Below, piece by piece: positions 11,880 through 24,600 of a stretch of 64,000 nucleotides of DNA. The notes under the pieces were generated by a model, which saw only the letters and a list, made by a program, of their open reading frames with translations, was not told where the DNA came from and did not search any database. The position numbers and the translations under genes were made by a program. The DNA is from Sphagnum compactum. Taxonomy: Eukaryota. The stretch is taken from positions 9,972,213 through 10,036,212 of the forward strand of contig OZ234493.1 of NCBI GenBank assembly GCA_965153455.1, written 5' to 3'. Every line of letters starts with the position of its first letter. The stretch's first letter is position 1.

Positions 11880-14025
11880 GAAATGGAAGGAATATGAGTT
11901 AAACAGGGTGTTTCAGGATGTTTGGAATGTTAAACTACCATGGGTTGAATTGGTGGTGGATGCACATGGAAAGGTGCATCAAGTCAGATGCAAGGTTTGT
12001 ACCAAGATAAAGGGCAAGGAAAAGTTGTTGGCCCCTAAATTGGACAACCTTTGGAAACATAGTGGGAGAAGGAAGGCCTTAGTTACAATCTCAAAAGTTT
12101 TTAAAGCCGGTGAGTATTACATGAACATGGATTCCGTCCATGCTATGAGTGAACATTTGTATTGTTCAATTAATAAGGACACCATTACTAATTAAATTTG
12201 CCATGTTGCTATTGGTTGAAGGAAGAAAAAATTGGTGTAATTTTTTATTTATTGTCACATGATGGTTGAAAGTAGACCTATGACTAATTGTGAAAGCATG
12301 AGCAAGCAATTACATTTCCTTGATGTGAAGAATTTTCCAAAAACCCACTAGTCAAACACATTTGGTTGGGAGATGGTAGCTTGCACGCATGATTTGGTTG
12401 TCAACAAAACCAAATCATTGGTTGAAGGTGTTAGGTTCATCTTTCTTTCTTGTGATGAAGTTCGAACTTCTGATTAGTAGTCTTGGATTTCCATTCATGC
12501 TTGTGTGGTGGAAGATTAGTAGCGGACACCTTTGTTGTTTTCCTTGCAACATGTGGTTGATGGGACCATTTCTAATAACTTGACATGTCTATTTATGGAT
12601 GTCATGGTGTTGTTTGGTGATTTGAGTGACTAATTACATTTGGAACTAAAATGGGGTCAGTTTGTTTCAAGGCATCAAAACAGTTGTGATACTTTAGTTG
12701 AAAAAAAAAATGCACCATTCATGATTGGTGTGCATTGTATGAGCCACAGCACCAATATTGTATCCCAATTTTTTTCTAAAATGGGCATTGTGAGAAAGAT
12801 TTAAGGATGTGTTACAAAGTTTGTATGCATACTTCTCTCATAGTCCAAAGAAAACCCAAGAGTTTGTTTACTTGGCTAATATTGTGGAACATGGGGTCAA
12901 AACCTATTGGATTTCTATGTTATTCCTAATTAAGAGGGTTTTGTTTGAGTATCATGCCTTGGTTTTAAAGATGCATCAAGATGTTGATAATAATACTCGA
13001 GTTGCCCATAATTTGGAATTGTTTTGTGATTTGGAGGTAATGATGGGGTTTTATTGTATTACGCCCATTTTGGAAGGGCTCAACGACTTGATTAAATTCT
13101 CCCAATCTTGGCAATGCTTTGTCTGTGATTTTGTTGCTATAGTCAAATTGCACCAAACAAATCTCTATTATTGATACAATGACTCCCAGACTGCCTACAT
13201 GCATGATGTGTTCAATGGGTACCGCAACTTGGTGAATGGCACATTAGACATGGTTGTGTGTGAATGGGCACATGATTTGAATATTGATTTTGAGAACTTG
13301 AGTTTTTGAATTACTAGCATTTTTAGCATGATGCATTATTGGTCTCTTGAGACATCAATTTATGCACATGTTACTCATGTTATCTTCCAACAAACCATCA
13401 ATCAGGTGCAAAGATAATGTTTTGAAGTTATAATTAAACTCAATGATGAACTTGAAAAACAATTTCTTACATAGGATGTCATGGATGCTTTGGGTGTTGT
13501 TTATCTGTAGTATTGGCTAAAATCCTCATGTGAGATGACCTTCCTTGTTCATATGGTTATCTTGAAAGGTTTCTATTTCAACTTAAGAAACTTGGATCCA
13601 CCCAAACTTGGATCCCAACAATACTTGATGTGAGTATTCTGGACTTGCAATGTTCTTTCTTCAAGATTATAATGATGTCTAATGTTCAATGGACTATGGA
13701 TTAATTGATGGATCTGAATTTGGTGTCTAGACTTTGGAAGAAGCTTTCTAGTAATGTTTTATTATGTGCTCAACTTTATGAACTTATGAAAGTGGAAAAA
13801 TTGGTTATGGTTCAAATTATGGGTTCTATGGAAGATGAGAGCACTTTCTCAACCTTGACCTTCATGAAGACAAGATTATGGAAGGTCGTCTATGTGAACA
13901 TTTGGATTTGGTGGTTTAGATGTTTACACAACCTTTTTATATAGACTTACAGTTGATATTTTTCCTTACGATGATGCCATCATAGCTTGGACTAAGGAGA
14001 AAACCATGAGGGGTCTTTTGGTTTG
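11880..14025 (+). pseudogene. Decayed hAT-family (ZNF862/DUF4371-like) transposase, copy 1
   Basis: Fragments read FQDVWNVKLPWVE...VRCKVCTKI...KLDNLWKHSGRRKA, IGVHCMSH (CxxH), LQSLYAYFSHSPKK, VKTYWISM and MGSMEDESTFSTLTFMK. There are many stops and frameshifts. Confidence 0.85.
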
Positions 14026-14329
14026 ATGTGTTCTAGTTTTTTCCTCTTTTTAGTTCATATTATAGTTTGAATTTATTTTTTATTGTGCGTGTTTCTAATT
14101 CATTTACGTGCTTTTCCCTCCAATCCGTTTCAATTTGCTTGTTTTGTTCAAGTTGTTTGTTGTAATGGCACCATTGAAGTTTTTTGCAAATTTTCATATC
14201 AAATTTTTTTTTCTTGGTCAAGGTCAATCGAATATTAGCATGGTAAACTAATCAACATTTCATGTTCCTCCACTTGCATTGTTAGTTGTTTTTGAGTCTT
14301 CTAATCCTATTGCACATGAACTTCTAGCT

Positions 14330-17243
14330 AAGAAACCTAAGAGGTCTTATGAAAGTTTCAAATTTTCCAAGATTTTTGGGTAGCCAAGTTTCCTTGGGTA
14401 GAATCAGTTTTGGGGGAGGATTTCTAGGTATTGTTAGTGAAATCCATGATATGTTAAGTTGTTGAGGGAAAGGACAAGTTCTTGTTATCAAAGTTGGATA
14501 CTTTGCATAAACATGTCGGTTGGAAAAAAATATTTGTTACTTTTGTTGGAATTGTTATTGGGGATTGTTATTACAACAAGGAATCTACTCATGCAAAAAA
14601 TGAGAAGCTCTATGGTGGTAACATATTGAAATAATTCTAAATCAATTTGTAGTCTAGTGTTCATCTTTCATCTATAAAGAAAGCTGTGAAGTTTGCAAAA
14701 AAATTCCACCTTCTAAGCCATGGTCATCCAATGTCCAAATATGAAGCTCTTAGGGAATTGTTAGAAAACATTGGACATATGGGAGTGGGTGGGGAATGGT
14801 TGAAGCAATGCATGATGTTGTCCTTACATCCACTAAGGCTATTGGGCAAGCTATTAACTATTTTTTTGTGAGTGCAAATGAGGTGACTACATTGGACAAC
14901 TGGCAATGGATTAGTGTCTGTTTATGTTATGAAGAATTGGTGTAGATTTCCAATCTTACTTACCTTGGAACGTGTGGAAGTGAATGTTAGTACAAATAAC
15001 ATCACTTCAATCCTTTTCAAGAGCATGGCTAAGTACGAAGGTGTTTCAATTGAAGAGTTTACTTGATGGTGGGTATGCATTGGTTCTAATGGAAATTATG
15101 TGTTCCAAGGACATTAGATTGAAGTAACTTCTCAACAAACGTATTATTCCTTTTCTTATTGGTGTGCACCACATGGCACACATAACCAATTTAACAGTTG
15201 TTATTTTGTCCAAACTACTTTTGGTGTCTCGCATCGAGTTCATGCTGCAATCTTTGTATTCATTCTTTGCACACAACCTTAAGAAGTTCTTGAAGTTTAT
15301 TAAGTTTGCAGAACCTTTGGAAACCAAAGGGCTGAAATTGTTGAGGAATATGAAGACCCATTGGATCTCCATGTTGAGCCCTTTGAAACATGTATTGGCC
15401 AAGTGTAAGTCTTTGGTTGTGAAAATGCATTCTGATTATGAAAAAAAAATCTACTCTTAACAACTTTGAATTATTATGTGACCTAGACTTAATCTTAGGT
15501 CTGCCATGTGTTATGCCAATCTTGGAGGTGTTCCATTTTCTCATTAAATATGCTTGACGTCGGGATGTGTTTATCATGGATTTTCTAAATGCGATAAATC
15601 TTGCTGAGACTAAACTTTTTCACCTTTATATTGATCCAATTTTTAGTTTTGATGATCCATTATTTGATGAATTCACAAAACTATTGTAAATGTCCAATGA
15701 TGTTTTGTCAATCTGGTGGTGCTTAAATTTGGTTGAGCCCCAAGCTTTTCTTAGTTTTAATATTGGTGGATAGATCTTTGTTTTCCACATTTGGAACCCA
15801 GTTGATGGGTCTTGCATGAAGGTTCATGAAAAGGATTTTAGTAGAACCACTGTTGTTGTGAAAAATTACTACATTGTAACAACCTAAACCTTAATTTCTT
15901 AGCTACAGTGGTAGTTTCCAGAGTAAGAAGTCATGATGGCTCTTAGAGTTGTGTACCCCCAATACTGGTTGAATCTTGATGTTGTAGAAAGATCATCCTT
16001 TCACATTTTGAATATTATCAATTTTACATTTTCTGTTGTTTGCAAGACTATTGAGGGGGGTGTTGGCAAGTTATAGTCTACACAAAAAACTGTCACAATT
16101 TGATAGTTTCAATACTTATTCAAGTTTCATGCATCATGGTGAAAATTTGGAAAATAATTTTCATTAAAATTTTGTGAAAGATGATGGTTCATATCCCAAT
16201 CTAGCATTATGTTATGAAATCAATGCACATAGGAATGATATAATAGTCCAACAAAATATTATTTTGATTGGGAGAGCCTTATCACATTTTTGCAATTCCA
16301 ACAAAAGGACTAAGAAGTACTACATTTAATAATAAATTTTCAATGAATTTTACACATACATAAAAGAAACCATAAAGAATAATCTTTCCCATCAAAGTTT
16401 TCAATTTTTCTAAAGGTCGTGAAATTTAGATAAGAGGATTTTTAAATGTTTAGTATTTTATGGTACGAAAATGTTGATGATTATGATTTTTTTAGGTTGG
16501 AAATGTTCTTCCATTGAAGATTTGCTTGGGCTAAGTGTTTTTTTAATCATTTGACAAAAGTAAGATGAAGTTTTGAATTTAAAAAAATGGGAAACTGCTG
16601 TCAAATAAAGGTTTTAAAAAAAACTTTATTAATTATTGGTGTACATTTACACAAATGTACAATTATTTCTCAATTTCATATTCATAATTGTGACTTCTTT
16701 TAATTTTGAAGCCCAAATCATTTATATGTGATTTTAAAAATTATTCAAAGTGGGTGAAATCTTACATGTTGCTACTTTTAATACTATATGTAGTTGTAAA
16801 TTTGTCAGAAATTGTGTAGACTATAGCTTGCCAACACCCATGGGATTATGGTCCCCCTTCTTTTAGATTCACATATGCTTGATGTGAAATCCTTTTGTTT
16901 TAGATTCATTATATCCCATAATGTTAAAGGGGCAATAGCTAAACATTCAGAGTTGAATCTAGCAACCAAATTATGGATGAGGATTAATTCATTTCTCATT
17001 TTGAATGAAAAATTCAACAAGTACAACAAATTGGCAGAGATTGCAATGGTTCAGGTGTTGAGGTCTGTTGAGGACGAAAGAACATTCAACAATATCTCTT
17101 TCATGAAAAATAAGCTCAAAAACCGGCTAATAATTCATTTGGACTTGTGGGTTAGGAGGTTTAGTAAAAAAAAAATTCACATTGTCTAACTTCCCATATG
17201 ATGATACAATCGCATTATGGAAGGAGATGACAATGAGGTATTA
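14330..17243 (+). pseudogene. Decayed hAT-family (ZNF862/DUF4371-like) transposase, copy 2, interrupted by a TIR element
   Basis: Same motif order as copy 1: FWVAKFPWVE, KLDTLHKHVG, IGVHHMAH, LQSLYSFFAHNLKK, MKTHWISM. After the insertion it continues VLRSVEDERTFNNISFMKNKLKNRL..HLDL. Confidence 0.85.
16058..16838. mobile_element. Non-autonomous TIR element (~780 bp) nested in hAT copy 2
   Basis: GGGTGTTGGCAAGTTATAGTCTACACAA at the left end matches the reverse complement of TTGTGTAGACTATAGCTTGCCAACACCC at the right end (27/28). The interior is AT-rich and non-coding, and transposase homology resumes immediately after. The TSD is not resolved. Confidence 0.85.
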
Positions 17244-19737
17244 AGTTCAATTGTAAATTTGATTTCTGGTTTTGGAGGTTTCTGCTCATGTTACAGAATT
17301 GTGTATGTCAAAAATCTTGTTGATTTGGTTTGGGTGTTGGGCTTGGTTGTTTGAAAGTTGGTAGGGGGATTTCAAGCTTGTGTGGGTGTAGGATTCTCTT
17401 GTTGTAATGGGGAAGACCCTTTTTGGTCGGGGTTCAATTTCCCCAAGGGAAATTTGTTTCATTGTTGTAGCTAGACAAACACAATTTAACTCTTGCCAAA
17501 ATTTAGGTAGTCCCCAAATGTATGATAGCTGTGAAATCTAAGTAGCCAATCAGGCTTCATTGAAAAAGATTCAATTGCCCAAATGCTATTTTTTTTAAAA
17601 AATGTAGCCTAAAATTTCTCCCTTCAAAATTTACTTATAGAAAAATATGCTCCACTGTCCAATTGGAGGCAGCCTTTCTGGCACTCTCCATATTTTGAAA
17701 AAAAAACCCTGGTCCTCATAGTTCCTCAAGGGAATCAAACACAGGTGTACAGTGAGGAGCCTAATTATGGCTTTGTTGAGTTCTCTTGTTGGACGTAAAG
17801 CACTTGGAGAAATTTCGCATGATATTTGGAGGGAACCTTATTTCCATGAATATCCCTCTTTTCAAAGAGTAAGTATATTTCAACTACTCCTTGAGAATGG
17901 GACGGTTCTTAGACCTCCTTGTAATCATAAGATCCCTTCCACTCTTAAGGAGTAGGCATAAGAAACCTTCTCTTATTTACATATGTTTAGAGCCTGCCCA
18001 GTGGCAGCCCTCTATTAGTATTTAGCACATCCAGTGTACATCCCCATCCCCACCATGAAAAGATGGACTGGACAAAGTGAGAGACTATTTAACTCTCACC
18101 ACCTGGGCCAATTATTGTAGTTGTCCAATGAGAAACATGCATTTATTGCTGAGAAACAGTCATTTCTTGCTACAGGTCCTCTTGGAGGGCAGTGGGAACA
18201 TGTACATTTTCATCAGCACAAAGAAGATTCACAGTGTTTTTTTAAAAATCTTCATTCAAAAAGCGCTGTAAATGCCAATTTCCTGCTGCCATTGAGCATG
18301 CTCTTAGGTGTAAGAGGTAAGGATGTGGGGCTGGATTCAGCTACCACCTCATCCCAGGCCCTTTTTTTTGTGAGAATGCCCCCACCCTAGGGTTTTACCC
18401 TATAAAGAATTCTTGAGGTTATCAAAATTTACACAAATGAAATCATGAATCTTATCCCAAGTAAATCTTGTTCCAGTCACTTGGAGATAATTAGCATGAC
18501 TCAATTTCATTCATCTTCAAGCAATTACAAATTAACACCCAAAGGAATTCTCACAAGATCAACTAATGTTGTTGTTGCTCCAATAATTGATAAATATCTA
18601 GAACACATGTTAATTAATTATTGTGATTAGACATTCTGTTAAACAAAATGAACTTTCAATCAAATATTGGTAATAATCCCAAATGGGAACTCAAATTTTC
18701 ATCTGTCTATTATGTCCATGATAGCATGTTGGTCAAGAACTTGGATTAATATTATTACCCAATTCTCTTTGTTACACACATCCCTAATGAACATGTAAAA
18801 TTTACATTACTTGTGTCAAACAATATATTATTTGGGGATATTATGTGAGAGATTTCTTTTTTCCATCTCAATATTATCTAATATTGTAATATGCATATAT
18901 TTAAACCAATCTAAAGTTAATTATAATTTTTGTTTGCATCAAATTCTGATATTTAATATTTACTTAAATTTGTGATTTTTAGTATTTAATTAGGAACACA
19001 TGACGGGTTGAGCCATTTTTCAAGGGTTTGAGAAATATATAATGAAAGGAATATAACAAATTGTTATTTTGGATGGAATAATTATAATTACAATGCTTGC
19101 CACACAAATAAGATACATATATGATGTTATGAATAACAACCATTTCACTTCATTCGAAACAAACCAAGATAAAAAAAATAAAATGACAAATGTATGATTT
19201 ACTTTTAAAAAAAAATCATGCTTGCGCTTGTTGGAGTTGAGATTCTTGCACTAAACAACTCATATCAAAAGTGAAATAAATCAATTGGAGGAAAAAGTCA
19301 TTATATTTGCGCTTACCAAACACACACATATATAACCAGAACTAAGTTCATAGAACACCAAAGTTTTCGTCTTAGGCCACTTTTAGATTTTTTTGGTTAT
19401 TCTTTTGAGCTCAAAATTGTTGCCTTGCAAGTTGGAATATGTAATTACATTATCAATAAAAGTTATGTGATTTGATTGTTTTTTCTGAACTTTATATTAA
19501 TGAAGTGATAGAATTGATTTAAAATAATAACCTCAAGGAATAAAATATGTAATTGTTCTTGAAATAGATATTTACTCTCTTGTGCTTCTTAAAACATGAA
19601 TATACTTTAGGGCCCAACATGAAAAGATAGTCAAACACATTGATTGGCAAACACACACCATGCGAAATTTATGCTTCATGAGTTTGTGGTCATGAAGAGC
19701 TACCAAACTCCATTACTTTGGATGTACAAATACCTTA

Positions 19738-19965
19738 TCCTAAGGTTAGTTTCGTCATTAAATAATCCTGAAAATAGTGAAATGAAAATTTGTGAAAATA
19801 TGAAGTTGACATGTTGAAAAAATCGTCATAATTATCATAAGCTACACTCTGAATAATTTCACTACTCATGTGACAACATCATAATAGATCATGAAAAATT
19901 CAATTATTTTAAATTTTAAAAACGAGTTATAATTTCTTTTGTCAATGTGGAAACTGACCCTAGGC
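19738..19965. mobile_element. TA-flanked MITE (228 bp), family copy 1
   Basis: The ends are TA|TCCTAAGGTTAGTTTC and GAAACTGACCCTAGGC|TA. It is colinear with 33544..33780. Confidence 0.8.
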
Positions 19966-21179
19966 TACAGCACTGACCGATGTATAACCTAAAATCATCT
20001 TTTGGGTTGGGGCGGGGGCATTCCTTGTTAATTTACAATATCTTGCGCAATAAATGACTAGGAGCATACACAGAATCGCCATCCACATTGCATGTCTTTT
20101 CCAATATCATTGGGTGGGTGAGCACAAAAACAAGGCATCACAAACAAGCTGGCCCTGCCAATAGATAAGATGTCGTACATCTACTTACTGTGTCCACACT
20201 GTGAACACCAAAACGATCTGTTCCAATCTAAACAGTCTAAACACTTTCACCAAAGAAACCGGTTCATCTAATGTGACACTGGTTTTAATAAGTAAAACTT
20301 CCGAAAGTTAGATCCAATGCGACAGTTCCCTGTCCCTGTGGGGGCAAGGCCCAATAAAACCCTTCAAATGGGTGTCGATTGTCCAAATGGTTTCTCATTC
20401 CAGAAGGTACCTAAGACATCAAGTATTCACCCATGGTTGAGTAGATGATAAATGTCTTCCGGAATCAAATTAAGTCACGCACAGGTCCATCTCACAGGCC
20501 CATGAGATGAACACTGCAAAACAGAAGTACAAAGGCCTTCAAAATTCTCAAAAAAAGCCTTTGTAAATGTTATAGCCCCAATTTATTTATTTATTTCATT
20601 GTGGCAAAACAAAAAAACACTGTGAAAGACAATACTCTTGTAAGATGTTAATACACATTTTCAATTATTTAATGAATAGTAGTCAGTAAAAGGTCCAGGC
20701 AGTTGTGTGCTTCTTTTTTTGCCTTGATTGCCCATTTTGTAGGCAGTTACAGTAATAAAGCTCATAACTTCAGTGCTTTGGCTTTTATTTTCCTCTTTGG
20801 GAATTAGACCCAAAATAGGCCTCTTTTGTATTTGGATTTATGGCCCATTTTCTGCCATGGGCTTATTTATTTATCAAGTGTGCCATTGATGGTTGATTGT
20901 ATGTGAAGCATGTCTTTTGTAGAGAAACACTGGCAGCGGGGCACTACACCTGCCAACCAAGGGAGGAGACTGAGGTCTCCGGCTGTAATGCCCGCTGCTT
21001 CCAGGCTTTCTCAAACAGAATGGCGGGCAATATACAAAAGTATATTGCCCGCTGTGCTGGTGGGAATGTTTTAACAAAAATAAAAAATGCCTGGGTTGCC
21101 CTGTTTGCCCAGGTTTTTACGGGTAGGGTAATGCGCAGAGTGGGGCTGGGTATTAGAAATTGCACAAACCCCTGCTGGG

Positions 21180-21560
21180 TATCAAAGTTGATAATCATGG
21201 TTCTCAAAAATCAAATACCCAGTGTTTATACGTACCCTTGATTATTGAAAAATCAAATACTCAGTTATCATATATAACTGCAGTTCTCAAATATTTTTGG
21301 AAAAAAATCAAATACTCTGTCATCATATATAACTGTAGTTCTCAAATGTTTTGGGAAAAAAAATCAAAGATCCACCTAAAACAGCCAGGTCTTTGCCAGT
21401 TCTTTCATGAAACTTGGTGGTTCTTTGAAGTTTTTGAAATACCTGGAGCCGACGGTTCTTTGAATCTGATTTTTTAATAAAAACCTCAGACCTGGCAGTT
21501 CTTTAATTCTAAATGTTTCCGAATACCCAGAACTGGCGGTTCTTTGATTCTAAACTTTTG
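21180..21560. repeat. Dispersed GGTTCT/AGAACC-rich repeat (probable non-autonomous DNA transposon)
   Basis: Motifs GGTTCTTT, GTTCTCAAA and AATCAAATAC are reiterated. Similar tracts occur at about 24060-24600, 49280-49730 and 58610-59050. Confidence 0.55.
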
Positions 21561-22229
21561 GACCTCCCCCCCTCCCCCTCCAAGGCCACTATAAGAACAT
21601 AAAAAGCTAAGTAATTTGTCCTTGAAACAAAATTCATGATTTTCAGAGGGTAACGGCCAGGTAAAAAATGATTCAAGGCATTTTGAAAAATGAAATGTGT
21701 GTAGGTGTGGGTGGGTGTTCCATGTTTTAAAATGTCCTACAAGATTTTTGGCTTTGTAAGAGTACCTCCAGATACACTAAGAAAAATTTCAGAGGTTTTT
21801 CCAAAAGGTGTAAAGACTTTTTTGGATATTTTCAGTGTTAAGGGAGAGTGATTTATTAAGCAAAATTACCACCCAAATCTATGAGAGTGAGATTATGTTG
21901 TAGGGGAGGTTCCCCTAGGAGTGGGTTCTCCTGAGGGAGGGTTGCATGAGGGCGGTAGCCCGAGGGTGTCCCAACTGATGGAGAACCCTATCGTATGGGA
22001 ACCTCCACATACATTAAAAAGAATTAAAAATCTCTTCTTTTTCTTTCCTCCATTCTTTGTTTTTTGTTCTTTTGAATTTTCCTGATCTGTCTGTTTCCTC
22101 CTTGTGTTTTGAATTTTTCTGTTCCATCCCATCAAAAACTCTTTCCATGGGAACATGGGCATGTAGAAATATAGCGGGGATCTCCCCCACCGCATAACTC
22201 CCTAGGGATCTTCTGCTGGGGGAGATACC

Positions 22230-23900
22230 TCAAAATACAAAGAAATAAAATGAGAGGTTTTTATGTCTTGGAAGAGGTTCTTGAACATTGATTCTGCATT
22301 TTCATTTTTCTTTTGTATTTTAAAGCACCTACATGTGTGTGGAAGATCATTCCTTCAAATGAAGGGACCTTTCACATATAGAAGGTGCTTCCACCTGTGG
22401 AACATACTTCTTAGTAACAAACCTTGATGTGCTTTATTTGGGGGAAGGCCTACTACTCCAGCGAGGCTTCTCGAAATTTTGGGCTTACTCCCTTGGGGGT
22501 ACTGCCCTTGAGCTATGACATGCTCAGCATGTGAATATGGAGCATTTTTCATTGATATACAAAATAGATATGAATCACTTTTTGTCGGCATGCAGAATGA
22601 GATACAATTAGCTTAATATGTGATATAATTGGGTCTTGGATATCCAATCAAGAAGAGACATGTCAACAAGAAATCCCCTAAAGCTGGTTATGGGAAACAA
22701 TTGATATGGTTAATGTCCGTAATGTTGGTAGTGATGAGTTTTGGTAAATGCATCTCTCCATTTAAACCACAACAAAGATTTACAAGCTGCCTTGTGGGGG
22801 AGATGGTATGACCCTCAAGTTTGAGAAGGTCATGGGGAGCAGGCCTTCTTCGCCTACACATCTAAAGAACCGGCAAAATTATGGAAAATGCCAGCATTGT
22901 TGACTGCTGCGTTAAATTCAGGAAGGCACTAAATGTAGACCATTCTCCTATACGTAAACGGCTGCTGTCATTTTCACAATGTACTCAGGGGGCACCTTAT
23001 AACCATGAATGCTCCTAGCAGAGAAACCTTACAGATTTAGAATGTTGAGTAGCTGTGTAGTAAACAGCCCTTGGCAGAAGGCATTCTCAGAATAAGGGGC
23101 TGCCTTGGCTCTGCCTCGCACATTGGAAAAAATAATATGAATCAGCAGCGCTTTACTTCTATAATGTGGCTGACAAGTGCTCAACTTAATATGTAGTAAA
23201 GATACACATGCCTAAAGGACACAATTCCTTACAAGGAACTGCATGCTTCGAAACTGTGTAAGAAGAAGATGAAGAAAAAAGAATCAAAAGATGCTCCCAT
23301 AACTGTACCTCCTCCCACACAAAATATTTTTCTATGTTGCAATAGTTACTATTGTGGGGTTCATAGCTGTAGAGCTTGCCCACAATTGGACTCTGCAAAC
23401 AAAAACTGCACTTGTTAACTCTAAGGCGGCAGACATGCGCACAAGTTAGCTGGGCCCAGCTGCAAAGCTCACCTGCCTGCCAGTGACTGATGTGGAGGTT
23501 GCCCTTGTTCCTTCACCAGTCAGCCAGCTATTTTCCTCCTGTAACGGCTTCTTTATTGTGCCACCAGCCAATACATTTGTTTGCTGGAGTGGAGTGGCTG
23601 TGGTGAGCTGAGCAGATATGCAAGTTGGCATGCAGTTCAACTTCTGAGTGGAGCAAGAACCCCATTGTCAGGAGGCCTTTTTGTGACTGAGCAGATTCTT
23701 TCCCTGTACATGATGTGCACAGGTCTCTGGGAGGGGTCATTTGGAGACTCGTAGCCCATCACTTTGGATGTCAATTTCGGCGGCAGATTATTTCGGATTT
23801 TCCAACATAGCTTGTCAATCAATGCATTGATCTGGGCTCCAACTTTTTCCAACACCAAGTTTCTTGGACAGCAACCCAATGGGGCCCTGAGCAAAGGAGC
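22230..23900 (-). mobile_element. Possible highly decayed LINE (ORF1 and endonuclease remnants)
   Basis: The minus strand reads LEKVGAQI...PKLTSKV...VHIMYRERIC (weakly L1 ORF1-like), then IIFSNVRG near 23130 (APE endonuclease start, WNVRG-like) and TKSDSY (SDH-like). These are short motif matches only. Confidence 0.3.
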
Positions 23901-24059
23901 TCAAAGAAGAATGCAGCAATGTGGCCACAGCATTAGTAACAAACTTGTGGATGCTTGGGATCCTTGCAAAGAAACAACCAGTGTCGCGTGTTTCTTAGAA
24001 TGAGGGATAGATACTCGTCAATTATCAAACGGGATATATAAATATATATACCCATCGGC

Positions 24060-24600
24060 CCACCATTTCTCAAGTATTCAAAGAATTAGTTTTGATATAC
24101 AGCCATGGCTCTAAATTTAAAAAGTGAAGAAGTCAATGAACTGATCAGAGAACCATGGGTGGTTCTTTGCCGGTTCTTTCATGAGAATTGCTGGTTCTCT
24201 TCAAGGTTTTTGAAATAACCAGAATTAATGATTCTTTGATTCTGGTTTTTTGCACAGAACGGGAATAGACATTTCTTTAAATCATTCAAAGACATGCATA
24301 ACATTGAAAACAACAAGGGTTTGGGTGGTGGCTCTTTGCCTTCTATGAAGAACCTCCGATTCCAGTTCTTTAAAACGATTGAGAATGGATCCAGTTCCAG
24401 TTCCACCAAACAAAAAAAACCCTAGGTACAGTTTTGGTCCAGTTCTTGAAAAATATAATTCAGGTTTTCATTCCGATTCTGGAGATCTGACCTGGTTCCA
24501 GCTCCAGTTCTATGTAACCAAGTCTGAAGTTGGACCTCTAAACCTGAGAAACCACCTTTGGGTTTTTTTAATTACCCTGGGTGGTTTCCATATTTTATTC
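24060..24600. repeat. Dispersed GGTTCC/GGTTCT-rich repeats (probable non-autonomous DNA transposons)
   Basis: Multiple CCAGTTC, GGTTCT and GGTTCC motifs are shared with 21180-21560, 49280-49730 and 58610-59050. Confidence 0.55.

Noticed and set aside
20874-21241. Overlapping 67-114 aa ORFs
   Set aside because: No recognisable domain. The sequence consists of reiterated TGCCCG/CGGGCA motifs typical of a non-autonomous element.
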